Assembly: GCA_965214705.1 (NCBI GenBank) | Contig: OZ243972.1 | Location: 1,792,001-1,856,000 of the forward strand | Reading direction: 5' to 3' | Length of the DNA: 64,000 bases | Source of the DNA: Alphaproteobacteria bacterium | Lineage (GTDB): Bacteria; Pseudomonadota; Alphaproteobacteria; UBA828 | In this document: piece by piece, positions 48,023 through 58,036 of the stretch | Layout: each line of letters starts with the position of its first letter | How positions within the stretch are numbered: the first letter of the stretch is position 1 | Made by a program: the position numbers and the translations under genes | Notes under the pieces: generated by a model | Databases searched by the model: none | Told to the model about the DNA's origin: nothing | The model's input: only the letters and a program-made list of their open reading frames with translations

Positions 48023-49281
48023 GCGCCCGCGCCGATACCGGCGATCCCGCGGCAGTGCGCCGTCGCCAGCTGCTGCTGTTCTCGGTCGTCGCGGCCGTCG
48101 TGCTGGTCGCCGTCGCCGCCTGGCTCGGGATGGGCGGCGGCAAGGAGCGCGCGCCGGAAAGCGGCATCGAGGCGGAGATCGCCGGGCCGGACGCGGCCGA
48201 GAAGGTCTGGACCCGGCGCTCGGAGGCGCGGCTCGGCGGGATCGAGACGCAGATCCGCGAGCTCCGGCAGGAAGCGCGGACGCTCCGCGCCGACAACGAC
48301 CGGCTGCGCGCCAGGCTGGAGACCGACGCGGCGGACGCGCGCAGCGTCATCGACCGTCAGGCGGCCGTGATCGACGAGCTGAAGCGCGGCATGCAGCCGC
48401 CGCCGGGCGACGCGGGGACCGGGGCGCCGGCCCCGGGCGAGTACTTCCGGGCGCAGGGGAACACGCCGTCCGGCGGGCAGACGCAACCGACCGCGCCGCT
48501 CGCGCCGACTCCCATGATCGAGACATTCGACCTGGAAGGCGCGCCGCGATCTTCCGCGGCCGATCCCCGGTCCGGCCCCGAGCTGGTTGCCGACGCTGTG
48601 GCGAAGCCGGTGTCGGTGTGGCTGCCGGCGGGCGCCCATGCCGAGGCCGTGGTGCTGGCCGGCGTCGACGCCTCCGCCGGGGTCTCGTCGCAGGGCGATC
48701 CGCGCCCGGTGCTGTTCCGCATCGTGGGTCCCGCCTGGACCGCCGCCGAGGACGGCACCGCCCTGCAGGTGGACGTCGATGGCTGCACGGTCACCGGCGC
48801 GGCGCATGGCGACCTCTCGTCGGAGAAGGTCTACGCCAGGTTCCGCACCATGACCTGCGCCGGGCCGGAGCCGGGCACGGTGGTCGAGACCGACGTGGCG
48901 GGGTTCGTGGCGGGCTCGGGCAAGACCGGGGTGCGCGGCCCGGTGGTGAGCCGCGAGGGCGCGCTCGTCGAGAAGGCGTTCCTCGCCGGCCTGGTCTCCG
49001 GCGTCGGCCAGGGCGTGAGCCAGGCGTTCCAGCCGCAGGCGGTCGCGACCGGCGGCGGAGCGGCGGTCGCCAACACCGGGCTGGGCGACATCGGACGGGC
49101 CGGCCTCGGCGCCGGGGCGTCGAGCGCCGGGCAGAAGGTCGCCGACTACATGATCCGCCGCGCCGAACAGTACCAGCCGGTGATCCAGCTCCAGGCCGGA
49201 ACGAAGGTGACGCTGGTGTTCCTCGAGGGCGCCCGCATCGACGGCCGCGGCCCCGTCCTGACCGCGCAGAAGGGAGACTGA
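48019..49281 (+). CDS. traB: F-type T4SS TraB (VirB10-like)
   Basis: TM, coiled coil, LPAG..GVDA, GDLSSEKVY, GVRGPVVSREG and YMIRRAEQYQPVI. Confidence 0.92.
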   Translation: MSARADTGDPAAVRRRQLLLFSVVAAVVLVAVAAWLGMGGGKERAPESGIEAEIAGPDAAEKVWTRRSEARLGGIETQIRELRQEARTLRADNDRLRARLETDAADARSVIDRQAAVIDELKRGMQPPPGDAGTGAPAPGEYFRAQGNTPSGGQTQPTAPLAPTPMIETFDLEGAPRSSAADPRSGPELVADAVAKPVSVWLPAGAHAEAVVLAGVDASAGVSSQGDPRPVLFRIVGPAWTAAEDGTALQVDVDGCTVTGAAHGDLSSEKVYARFRTMTCAGPEPGTVVETDVAGFVAGSGKTGVRGPVVSREGALVEKAFLAGLVSGVGQGVSQAFQPQAVATGGGAAVANTGLGDIGRAGLGAGASSAGQKVADYMIRRAEQYQPVIQLQAGTKVTLVFLEGARIDGRGPVLTAQKGD

Positions 49282-49282
49282 C

Positions 49283-49900
49283 ATGACGCTTGCCACGAAA
49301 TACCCGCGCCGCATGGCGCTTCCGCTTGCCGCGATCGCCGCGCTGCTGCTGGCCGGCTGTTCGTCGGGCAATGTCGGCGAAAGCTGGCAGTGCCCGCTGG
49401 CCGACGCCGGGACCTGCGACAGCGTCGCCGCCGCCGATCCGGCGGTGCCGCATGCGGATGCCGCCGGCAATGTCGTGCTCGGCGAGCCGCTCTGGCGGGT
49501 GCGGGCGAGCGACCGGTACGAGGCGGCGCCGGAGAGGCCCTGCGAGGCCGATTGCGGCGGGTTCGATCCCTTCGACTGGCTGGCGCGGCTGTTCGGGGTT
49601 GAGGAGGACGATTCGGGCAAGGCCGATGGGGCGCCGCAACCGCTCGCCACGAAACCCTCGACGGCTGCCTCTCCGGCAACGGCCTCGCCGGTCAATCCGC
49701 TTCCGGGAGAACCGGCCCCGGCCCTTCTCCCGGCCGAACCCGGTCCGGTGCAGGACGAACCCGACGCCGGCGATCTCCGCACCGACGAGGTGGTGGCGCG
49801 GATCTGGATCGCGCCCTTCGTCGATGCCGACGGCGTGTACCGGGAGGCGTCCTGGGTCCGCGCGGTGCTGAAGCCGGCCGGCTGGAGGCTCGGGCGGTGA
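49283..49900 (+). CDS. traV: F-type T4SS lipoprotein TraV
   Basis: Lipobox LAGC, two Cys, and RIWIAPFVDADG. Confidence 0.88.
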   Translation: MTLATKYPRRMALPLAAIAALLLAGCSSGNVGESWQCPLADAGTCDSVAAADPAVPHADAAGNVVLGEPLWRVRASDRYEAAPERPCEADCGGFDPFDWLARLFGVEEDDSGKADGAPQPLATKPSTAASPATASPVNPLPGEPAPALLPAEPGPVQDEPDAGDLRTDEVVARIWIAPFVDADGVYREASWVRAVLKPAGWRLGR

Positions 49901-52437
49901 AGCGGCTGCTGGAACTGTTCGAGGGGCCGGAGGCGCCCGGCCCCTGGGCGCCGCCGGAGATGCCCGCAGCGCTGCACGCGCTGCTGCCGTGGCGCGCCTG
50001 GGACGAGTCCAGCGAGCTCTACGTCAACGCAGGATCGGTGGGGTTCGTCGTCGAGCTGCCGCCGTTCGCCGGCATCGATGCCGAGACCCTGGGCGCGCTG
50101 GCGGGCACGCTGGCCGACGCGGCGCCCGAGCGCTGCACCGTGCAGGTGATCCACTGGGCGAGCCCGCGTTTCGGGGCGGCTTCGCGCGCCTGGGCGGAAC
50201 CGCGCAGCGATGCGGGCGGGGCGCTGGCCCGGATGGGTGCGTGGCGCCGGGACCTGCTGACCTCCGGCGGCTGGCGCCGGCTGCATGCGGGCGGACCGCC
50301 CTTCACGCTCAGCGACTACCGGGTGTTCGTCACCGCCTGCCTCACGGCCCTGCCCGGCCCGGCCGCCGAGACCGCGCTCGGCGCGTTCCGCCGGGCGCTG
50401 GAGGGCACGCTGGCCTCGGCCGGCGCGCAGACCCGGCGGCTGGAGCCGGATGCGCTGCTGTCGGTCGCGGCCGAGCTGGTCGCACCGGACATCGGCGGGG
50501 TTCGAGACGGCGGGACCGACCGACCGAGCCGCCGCTGGGCGCCGCGCGATCCGCTCCACGAACAGTGCATCGCGCCCGGCCGCGCCCTCACGGTCCACCC
50601 GACCGGGCTGACCTTCCACCACCCCGACGATCAGGACATCGCCGTCCGGGTTCTCAGCGCCATCGCCTTCCCGGAGGTCTGGCCCGGCTGGCGCGGCAAC
50701 GCGCTGATCGGCGATTTCCACCGCGACTTCCTGCAACCGGGCTGCCCGGTGCTGACCTGCCTCACCGTGACCACCGGCGACGAGGCGGCCGGCGAGAAGG
50801 CGTTCCTCAAATCCGCCCGCGCGACCCAGCAGGCCGGCACGGGCATTGCCAGATACCTGCCCGGCCTGCCCGAGAAGGCGCGCGACTGGCAGGCGGTCAC
50901 CGAGCGGATCAAGGACGGCGAGAAACTGGTCCGGGCCTGCTACATGGCCGCCGTCTACGCGCCGCTCGACGCCCTCGACGAGGCCGAGCAGGCGGTGCGC
51001 GCGATCTATCACGGCCAGGGCTGGCGCGTGAACGCGGAACGCTACATGCAGCTCCCCTCCTGGCTGGCGTGCCTTCCCATGGTGTCCGCCGGGGGGCTCG
51101 ACAGCGACCTCGAACGCATGGGGCGGATGAAGACCCTGCTGACCTCCAGCGCGGTCAATCTCTCCCCGCTGCACGGCGAGTGGCGCGGCCAGCCCGCCAA
51201 TCCCGACAATCCTCCGGCGCTGTTCCTGATCGGGCGCCGGGGCCAGCCCGCCTGCTGGTCGCCCTTCGCCAACGAGGCCGGCAACTACAACGTCGCGGTG
51301 ACGGGGAAATCAGGCTCCGGCAAGTCGGTGCTGATGCAGGAGCTGGTCACCGGGCTGATCGGCGCGGGCGGCGAGGCCGTAGTGATCGACGACGGCCGCT
51401 CCTTCCAGCACACGGCCGAGGCGCTCGGCGGCGCCTTCATCGCCTTCGGCAAGGACCCCGCCTGCCTGAACCCGTTCGCCATGATCGACTCAGGCACCGC
51501 CGAACATGACGGCGACTACCGGGAAGAGTGCTTCGCCATGCTGGCGGGCGTCATCGGACGGATGGCCAGGCGCCGGGGCTCCATCGACGACATCGAGGCG
51601 GCGCTGATCGCCGAGGCCATCGCGGCGGCCTGGGACGAGGCGGGCAACGACGCCGATCTCGGCACGGTCAGGAAGAACCTCGACGGACGCGACGACCGCA
51701 GGGCGAAGGACATGGCGACCTCGCTCGGCCCCTGGTGCCCGGGCGGCGCCATGGGCCGGTTGTTCGCGGGTTCGAACGTGCCCGACCTGGAGAACGCGCT
51801 CACCGTGTTCGAGCTCGCCGAGCTCAAGGGGCGCGGCGACGTCCAGGCGGTGGTGCTGATGCTGGTGGTCTTCCTTTCGACCCAGCGCATGTATCACGGC
51901 CCCCGAACCCGGGCGAAGGCCATCGTCATCGACGAAGCCTGGGACCTCTTGTCGGGCGAGGACAGCAAGGCGTTTCTCGAAGGCGCGGCAAGAAGAGCCA
52001 GGAAGTATCGCGGCGCGCTGGTGACCGGCACGCAGAGCGTCAACGACTACTACGCCAACCCGGCAGCGCGGGCCGCCTGGGAGAACTCGGACTGGGTGAT
52101 CTTCCTCGCCCAGAAGGACGAATCCGTCGAGCTGCTCAAGCAGGAGAAGCGCATCCACTGCGATCCCGGCATGGAGCGGGCGCTGAAGAGCCTGACCACG
52201 GCGGACGGGCGCTACGCCGAGCTGGTGCTGCATGGCCCCGACGGCTGGCGAGTAGCGCGCCTCGTGCTGGACGCCTGGTCGGTGGCGCTGTTCTCGTCGC
52301 GGGGGCCGGCGTTCGCGGCCGTGGAAAAGCTCAAGGCGCAGGGCCTCACCACGGTCGAGGCCATAGATCGGCTGGCGGGCGACACCCCCGCCGCTGCCGG
52401 CCAATCCGAACAATCCGAAACGGAGGAAGTTGCATGA
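49897..52437 (+). CDS. traC: F-type T4SS ATPase TraC (VirB4-like)
   Basis: NYNVAVTGKSGSGKS, IDDGRSF, IDEAW and RRARKY. Confidence 0.95.
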   Translation: MKRLLELFEGPEAPGPWAPPEMPAALHALLPWRAWDESSELYVNAGSVGFVVELPPFAGIDAETLGALAGTLADAAPERCTVQVIHWASPRFGAASRAWAEPRSDAGGALARMGAWRRDLLTSGGWRRLHAGGPPFTLSDYRVFVTACLTALPGPAAETALGAFRRALEGTLASAGAQTRRLEPDALLSVAAELVAPDIGGVRDGGTDRPSRRWAPRDPLHEQCIAPGRALTVHPTGLTFHHPDDQDIAVRVLSAIAFPEVWPGWRGNALIGDFHRDFLQPGCPVLTCLTVTTGDEAAGEKAFLKSARATQQAGTGIARYLPGLPEKARDWQAVTERIKDGEKLVRACYMAAVYAPLDALDEAEQAVRAIYHGQGWRVNAERYMQLPSWLACLPMVSAGGLDSDLERMGRMKTLLTSSAVNLSPLHGEWRGQPANPDNPPALFLIGRRGQPACWSPFANEAGNYNVAVTGKSGSGKSVLMQELVTGLIGAGGEAVVIDDGRSFQHTAEALGGAFIAFGKDPACLNPFAMIDSGTAEHDGDYREECFAMLAGVIGRMARRRGSIDDIEAALIAEAIAAAWDEAGNDADLGTVRKNLDGRDDRRAKDMATSLGPWCPGGAMGRLFAGSNVPDLENALTVFELAELKGRGDVQAVVLMLVVFLSTQRMYHGPRTRAKAIVIDEAWDLLSGEDSKAFLEGAARRARKYRGALVTGTQSVNDYYANPAARAAWENSDWVIFLAQKDESVELLKQEKRIHCDPGMERALKSLTTADGRYAELVLHGPDGWRVARLVLDAWSVALFSSRGPAFAAVEKLKAQGLTTVEAIDRLAGDTPAAAGQSEQSETEEVA

Positions 52438-53087
52438 CCGCAAAGACCGCCGCCGCCCCCGGATCGAAGTCCGGGGCAGGCGAACGGCCGCTCAACTGGC
52501 CGGACGATCCGGAGACCGTGACAGCCGCCGACATCGACTTCGAGGCGCTGGCCCATGTGCTGGCCAACACCTGCCGGCGGGGCGGCTGCCTGCGCCAGTA
52601 TCACTCGGTCGCGGCGCACGCGGTGGTCGTGAGCGAGGAGATCGAGGCGCTCGACGGGCTCGGGGACGAGGACCGGCGGCGGCTGGCGCTGCACGCGCTC
52701 ATCGCGAACGCGCCGTCCGCCTGGCTCCGGGGGCGCCTGCCGGACTCGCAGCGTGCGGCGGACCGCTCCGGGAAGCTCGCCACCGGGATCGAAACCGCGG
52801 TGCGCGAGGCGGCCGGCCTCGATGCGGTGATCGACGAGGAACAGGCGGAGCTTCTGCGGTTCGTCACGCGCATGGCGGCGGCGGCCGAGAGCCGCGACTT
52901 GCTCGGCGGCGATGCGCCGGCGGGTGCCGGCGTCGCCTTCCCGCCGCTGAAGCGCCGCATTCGCAGTTTCCCTCCGGACAAGGCGGCGGCGGCCTGGCTC
53001 GCCCGGTTCCGGACGCTGGCAGGGCCGGACGCGGAGCGACGCGGGCGCATTACCCGAACGGACGGGGCGGATGCCGCGCAAGGCTGA
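52434..53087 (+). CDS. HD-superfamily (YfbR/YfdR-like) protein lacking the HD dyad
   Basis: DIDFEALAHVLANTCRRGG..HSVAAH..ALIANAPSAW, where the family has LLHDAxEAY. Confidence 0.7.
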   Translation: MTAKTAAAPGSKSGAGERPLNWPDDPETVTAADIDFEALAHVLANTCRRGGCLRQYHSVAAHAVVVSEEIEALDGLGDEDRRRLALHALIANAPSAWLRGRLPDSQRAADRSGKLATGIETAVREAAGLDAVIDEEQAELLRFVTRMAAAAESRDLLGGDAPAGAGVAFPPLKRRIRSFPPDKAAAAWLARFRTLAGPDAERRGRITRTDGADAAQG

Positions 53088-53088
53088 C

Positions 53089-53478
53089 ATGACGCGATCC
53101 GACCCCGGCTGGCCGGTGCTGCTGTCCGCCGTGCTTCTCTCGGGCGCCGTGGCGGCGGCGGTCGCGGCGGCGACGCTCCGATATGGCGTCGAGCCGGCGC
53201 CGGGAATCGCCAGCGTGCGGCTCGGCGAGATGACCGCCGCATACACCACCCGCGCCGCCGCGGACGGTGGGACGCCGGAGGACGTTCGGGCCTGGGGCGA
53301 GGCGCTGGAAGCCGCGCTCGACCGGGTGGCGCACCGTCATCGCGTCGTGCTGCTGCCGGCGCGCGCGGTCGCCGCCGGGGCGCCGGACCTGACGGCGGAG
53401 GTCGAGGACACGCTCGCGGCCATCCTGGCGCGGGATGGTGCGGCGGGGATCGCAACGCCGCCGGAGGACGGAAGGTGA
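53089..53478 (+). CDS. trbI: TrbI (F-type)
   Basis: N-terminal TM; LEAALD..VVLL..AVAAGAPDLT. Confidence 0.8.
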   Translation: MTRSDPGWPVLLSAVLLSGAVAAAVAAATLRYGVEPAPGIASVRLGEMTAAYTTRAAADGGTPEDVRAWGEALEAALDRVAHRHRVVLLPARAVAAGAPDLTAEVEDTLAAILARDGAAGIATPPEDGR

Positions 53479-54062
53479 CCGCGCGGCCTTCGATATTCGG
53501 TCCGAGGATGGCCGCGTTGCGCCGCCGCCATATCGCCCTCGGGGTGATGATCGCGCTGGCGGCGCTCTGGCTCGGCGCGGCCTCGCGCGTTCACGTCAAT
53601 GCGAGCTGGTCCGACGAGAGCTGGGGTTACGTCGCGTTTCCGCTGTTCGGCGAGGTGCCGGAGCTTGGCGACCGGGTGCTGTTCGAGCCTCCCGAGGCGG
53701 TGGGATCGAAGGTGCCGTATCTCAAGACCGTTCGCGGCGTGCCGGGCATGCGAATCGAAGTCGGTGAGGACGGGAGGGTCTTTCTCGACGGTACGCCCGC
53801 CGGCTTGGCGAAGACTCATGCCCTCGACGGGCGGCCGCTCGCGGCCATCGCGCTGGGGATCATCCCGCCGGGGCACTTCTACCTGCACGCCGATCACGTC
53901 GACAGCCACGACAGCCGCTATGCGGAGATTGGGCTGGTGCCTGCCGCGCGCATCCTCGGCCGGGCGATCGCCATGCCGGACGTGCCGTGGCTGGGCCTGA
54001 AGGGACCGCTGGTCGGGCCGGTGGACGTGGGCGACGATGAGACGCCCGAGGCGCGGCCATGA
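53475..54062 (+). CDS. trhF: Conjugative S26 signal peptidase (TrhF-like)
   Basis: VNASWS, YLKTVRGVPG, IPPG and SHDSRY..IG. Confidence 0.85.
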   Translation: MTARPSIFGPRMAALRRRHIALGVMIALAALWLGAASRVHVNASWSDESWGYVAFPLFGEVPELGDRVLFEPPEAVGSKVPYLKTVRGVPGMRIEVGEDGRVFLDGTPAGLAKTHALDGRPLAAIALGIIPPGHFYLHADHVDSHDSRYAEIGLVPAARILGRAIAMPDVPWLGLKGPLVGPVDVGDDETPEARP

Positions 54063-54760
54063 CCCGTTCCGCCGCCATCGTGTTCGCCGTGACCCTGACC
54101 GCCCTGCCGGCCGTCGGCGTTCCGTCCGCCGCATCCGCGAAGGACCTCGGCGTGCGCGGCGCGACGTGGGCCATCGCCGAATCCGACCTGCTCGAAGAAA
54201 TCGAAACGCGCCTGCTGGAGATGCAGCGCTCGGGCGAGCTGGCCCGGCTGGAAGAGGAAGCCCGCGAGCGCGCCCGGCGACAGCTGGATGAGCCCGCGCC
54301 GGTTCCGGGCATCGCGCCAGCCACGCGGGAACGCAGCCGCCTGTTCGACCCCGCCATCGTCGTGGCGCGCGACATCCGCACGCCGGACGGAACGCTCATC
54401 GCCGCCGCCGGGACGCGGGTCAACCCGCTGGAGCGGATGCCGATGACGCGGGACCTGCTGTTCGTCGACGGACGGCGGGCGGCGGAGGTCGGATGGGCGC
54501 TCGCCCATGACAGGCCGGCGAAGATCGTGCTGCTGGGGGGCAGGCCGCTCGACCTGATGCGCAGGCACGGGCGGGCCTTCTTCTTCGACACGGGCGGGAC
54601 GCTCGCGGCGCGGTTCGGCATCGCGGCGACGCCGAGCCTGGTCGAGCGGGCCGGAACGCGGCTGCGCATTACCGAGATCCCGGTCGAGAGCCTGTGCCCC
54701 GGACCGGTTCCGGGGACCGGGAGAGTGCCAGTGATGACGAGGAGGACTGAAGGATGCTGA
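54059..54760 (+). CDS. traW: F-type T4SS TraW
   Basis: DLGVRGATWAIAESDLL, FDP, GTRVNPL and FFDTGG.L..RFGI..TPS.V. Confidence 0.92.
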   Translation: MTRSAAIVFAVTLTALPAVGVPSAASAKDLGVRGATWAIAESDLLEEIETRLLEMQRSGELARLEEEARERARRQLDEPAPVPGIAPATRERSRLFDPAIVVARDIRTPDGTLIAAAGTRVNPLERMPMTRDLLFVDGRRAAEVGWALAHDRPAKIVLLGGRPLDLMRRHGRAFFFDTGGTLAARFGIAATPSLVERAGTRLRITEIPVESLCPGPVPGTGRVPVMTRRTEGC

Positions 54761-55140
54761 ACATGAACCGCGCCAGCCTGCTGGGCCATGCCGGGCGCGA
54801 TCCGGAGATCCGCGATCTCGCGAACGGCGAGAAGGCCGCGACCTTCACGCTGGCCACCACCGAGAAATGGAAGGACCGCGAGGGCCAGCCGGTCGAGGCG
54901 ACCGAATGGCACAGGATCGTGGTCTACGGCCCGACGGTCGCGGTGGTGGAGACGATGGTCAGGAAGGGCGATGCGGTGCTGGTCGAGGGCCGGATCGCGA
55001 CGCGCGAATACCGCGACCGGGAGGACGTGGCCCGCACTGTGACCGAAATCGTCGTCGCCGGCAGGCAGGGCGTGGTGAACGTGCTGTCGGCGCGGCGGGG
55101 GGACCCCGGATCGGGGTCCGGGGCAGGCTCCGCGGGATGA
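54754..55140 (+). CDS. ssb: Single-stranded DNA-binding protein without the acidic tail
   Basis: GRDPEIR..LATTEKW..TEWHRIV..KG..V.VEGRI.TR..TEIV. Confidence 0.9.
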   Translation: MLNMNRASLLGHAGRDPEIRDLANGEKAATFTLATTEKWKDREGQPVEATEWHRIVVYGPTVAVVETMVRKGDAVLVEGRIATREYRDREDVARTVTEIVVAGRQGVVNVLSARRGDPGSGSGAGSAG

Positions 55141-56139
55141 CCCGCCGTTGCGCCCTCCTCGCGGCACTGGCGCTCCTGGCCGTCCTGTGGTCGGCGCCGG
55201 CCTCGGCCCAGACCTGCACCGGGCGGTTCGTCAACCCGATCTCGGACGTGTGCTGGGAGTGCATCTTCCCGATCTCGATAGGGCCGATCACGATCGGCAG
55301 CGCCACCGGCGCGCCCGACACGCCCAACCCGTCCTCGCCGATCTGCCTCTGCGGCTCGCCGATTCCCCGCATCGGCCTCTCGCTCGGGGTGTGGGAGCCG
55401 GCGCGGCTGATGGACGTGACCCGCGTGCCCTGGTGCTTCCCGAACCTGGGCGGGCTCACGATAAATCCGGGACTGCACGCGGCACGCGGGCGCACCGGCT
55501 CCTCGGGTGGCGACGGGTCCGCAGGCTCGGTCTGGCATGCGCACTACTACATGTACCCGCTGCTCTCCTGGATCGGGGTGCTGCTCGATCTGGGCTGCCT
55601 GGAGGGCGGCGGTCTCGACATCGCCTGGGCCTCCGAGCTCGACCCGGCCTGGCTCGACGACGAGCTGACCTTCCTGCTCAACCCGGAAGCGGCGCTGTTC
55701 GCCAACCTGCCGGCCCAGGCGGCGTGCGCCGCCGACTGCGCCGCGTCCTCGGCCGGCCTGCCGCTCGACCCTCTCTTCTGGTGCGCGGGATGCCAGGGCG
55801 GGATGTATCCGCTGACCGGCAACGTGGCCGCCCATGTCGGCGGGGGTGCAGGCGTCGCTGCTGGCGGCGCAGCGGCTGGTCTACCGCCTCCACCGCGCCG
55901 GGATCGCCTGGGGGACGTCGGGCTCCGCCGCGCTCTGTGGGCGCTATCCCATGCCGATCATGAAGAAGAGCCAGTACCGCTGGCAGATGACCCAGCCGGT
56001 GCCGGCGACGAGCCCCATGACCGGCTGCAACCCGACCGGGCGGTCCTCGGTGCTGTGGGAATCCCTCCGAGAACTGCCGGTCTCGGGCGAGAGCTTCGGC
56101 TACCTGCTGTGGCGGAAGCGCTCGTGCTGCCTCTTGTGA
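55137..56139 (+). pseudogene. traU: TraU with a +1 G frameshift at 55842-55846 (mutation or sequencing error)
   Basis: CTGRFVNPISDVCWECIFP..FWCAGCQG.MYP; continues in another frame as KSQYRWQM..WRKRSCC. Confidence 0.88.
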
Positions 56140-56149
56140 GACCCCCGAC

Positions 56150-56894
56150 ATGACGCGCAATCCCTGCGTTCGAACCGCCTTCATCGTGGCCGCCACGCTC
56201 TTTCTCGCGGGGTGCTGCCGCCCGGCTTTGGCCCAGCAAACGCCCTCTCTCCCGGACGCGACCGCACGCGATCTCGCGGCCGAAGTGATGCGCAGGGCCG
56301 GCGGGGACAGCGCGGACCTCGCTTGGCGCGTGGTCGCGCTCGGTCATCGACCGCGCGCTGGAACGGGCCGGCGAAGTCACGCGGCAGACCCTGCCGGGAT
56401 CTCCCGGAGAGGCCTCCGCTCCGCTTCCGGCCGAACGCCATGCGCCATCGCTCGCGGCAGAGCGCCCGCCAACGGCCGAAATCCTCGTCTTCACGAGCCT
56501 TTCGGTGCCGGCGGCGAGTTGGCGCCAGTGGGCGCGCGAGGCGGCAGGCATCGGGGTTCCGCTGGTGCTGCGCGGCGTGTCGCAAGATGGACTGCCAGCT
56601 ACCGCCAGGGAAATGAGCGTTCGCCTCGGCGGCGCGGAAGCCGGGGTCGCCATCGACCCGCGCCTGTTCCGCCTGTTCGGCATCACCCGTGTCCCGGCGG
56701 TGGTGGTCGTGCCGGGCGGCGTGCCGGCCTGCCGAAGCCGGGGCTGCGCGGACGATCCCGCGCCGCCCCACGACCTCGTGACCGGCAACATCGGATTGGT
56801 GGCGGCGCTGGAAGCGGTCGCGGACGAGGGCGCGGTCGGACGTGGCGCGGCACGCGTTCATCTGCGCCGCCTGAGAGGGGAACACCGGCCATGA
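56150..56894 (+). pseudogene. trbC: TrbC (F-type) with a frameshift near 56300-56320
   Basis: Signal peptide in one frame; ILVFTSLSVP..LVLRG..IDPRLFRLFGITRVPAVVV..GN in another. Confidence 0.8.
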
Positions 56895-58036
56895 CGGAAC
56901 AATCCGATCATTCGCGCGATCGCATCGAGGTCGCGCTGGACCGCGGGACGCGCATCGTCCGGCTACTGACCTGGACCGCGATGTTCGTGCTGGTGTGCCT
57001 GATGCTCTGGTTGGTCTCAGGCATGGTCGCGAAAGCGGAGGATCCCAAGGCCGCGGCCCGCGCCATCGGCAATGCGGGCGCGGCGGCGGCCGGCGCGATC
57101 GCAAGGGACGCATCGAAAGCGGCGACGGTGCCGGGCTATGCCGGCACGAATCTTCCGGAACGGAACATCGGAGCGGAGGACCTGGAGGATGAGGGCCGGG
57201 CGCGGCTCGCCGATCCGGACGACCCCGGCGGCGCGGCCGGCCGCGCGGTGGTGGAGGGGGTGACCGTCCGGCCAGCCGAAAACGTGTCGGCGGGCGACCC
57301 TGTCGTCACGCGCTCGGAAGGCATCGCGGGCTCGCCGCAATCGCCGGCGCACCGCGCGAACGGGCTCGCGTCCGGCAGCACCGAGAACTGTGGCGCGGAG
57401 CTGGATGACGCGCAGGACGGCGGGTCGTGCGGGCGGGTCACGTACTGCGTCGGCGCCGGCTGCGAGACCGTGCCGAGCCAATCCAACACCGGCTTCGTGG
57501 AAGCAACCACCCGGCTCAACATGGCGGTGGAGCTGGGCGGCGACGAGTTCGACCGGGACGACATGCGCTTCTTCACCGGCAAGCGCCGCGCCTGCCACAT
57601 CCATTTCGGGGGGCTGGCCAACTGCTGCAGGAACAGCGGGCTGCTGGTCGGGCTCGCCAACTGCTCGGCGTCGGAGCGCGAGCTGGCCGAGGAGCGCCAC
57701 GCCGGCAACACCCACTATCTCGGCCGGTACTGCTCGCGGCGCACCCTGTTCGGCATCTGCATCCGCCATTCGCGCGCCTGGTGCGTGTTCGGCTCCAAGC
57801 TCGGGCGCATCCTGCAGCAGCAGGGGCGCGCGCAGCTCGGTATCGGCTGGTCGAGCTGCCGGGGTCTCACGGTTGCGGAGATCGAGGGCATCGACTTCGC
57901 CCGGCTCGACCTCTCGGAGTTCACCGAGAACCTGATGGACGGCTCGATGGAGCCGTCGGTCTCGCTGCCCGATGCGGGCGACACCGGCGAGACGATGCGC
58001 GGCCGCATCCGCGACTTCTACTCCCGGGGCCAATGA
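56891..58036 (+). CDS. traN: Short TraN mating-pair stabilisation protein
   Basis: Cys-rich C-terminus FFTG..C..NCC..CS..E..HYLGRYC..C.FGSKLGRILQQQGRAQLG..CRGLT..IDF..DLSEF. Confidence 0.88.
   Translation: MTEQSDHSRDRIEVALDRGTRIVRLLTWTAMFVLVCLMLWLVSGMVAKAEDPKAAARAIGNAGAAAAGAIARDASKAATVPGYAGTNLPERNIGAEDLEDEGRARLADPDDPGGAAGRAVVEGVTVRPAENVSAGDPVVTRSEGIAGSPQSPAHRANGLASGSTENCGAELDDAQDGGSCGRVTYCVGAGCETVPSQSNTGFVEATTRLNMAVELGGDEFDRDDMRFFTGKRRACHIHFGGLANCCRNSGLLVGLANCSASERELAEERHAGNTHYLGRYCSRRTLFGICIRHSRAWCVFGSKLGRILQQQGRAQLGIGWSSCRGLTVAEIEGIDFARLDLSEFTENLMDGSMEPSVSLPDAGDTGETMRGRIRDFYSRGQ

Noticed and set aside
47572-51174. 1200-aa antisense ORF (and similar long antisense ORFs at 12556-14769, 32201-34477 and 60156-62372)
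   Set aside because: Stop-poor reverse frames are expected in very high-GC coding DNA; they show no motifs and lie opposite well-supported genes.
56150-58036. 628-aa TrbC-TraN fusion
   Set aside because: Artefact of the trbC frameshift; traN starts at 56891, overlapping the trbC stop.
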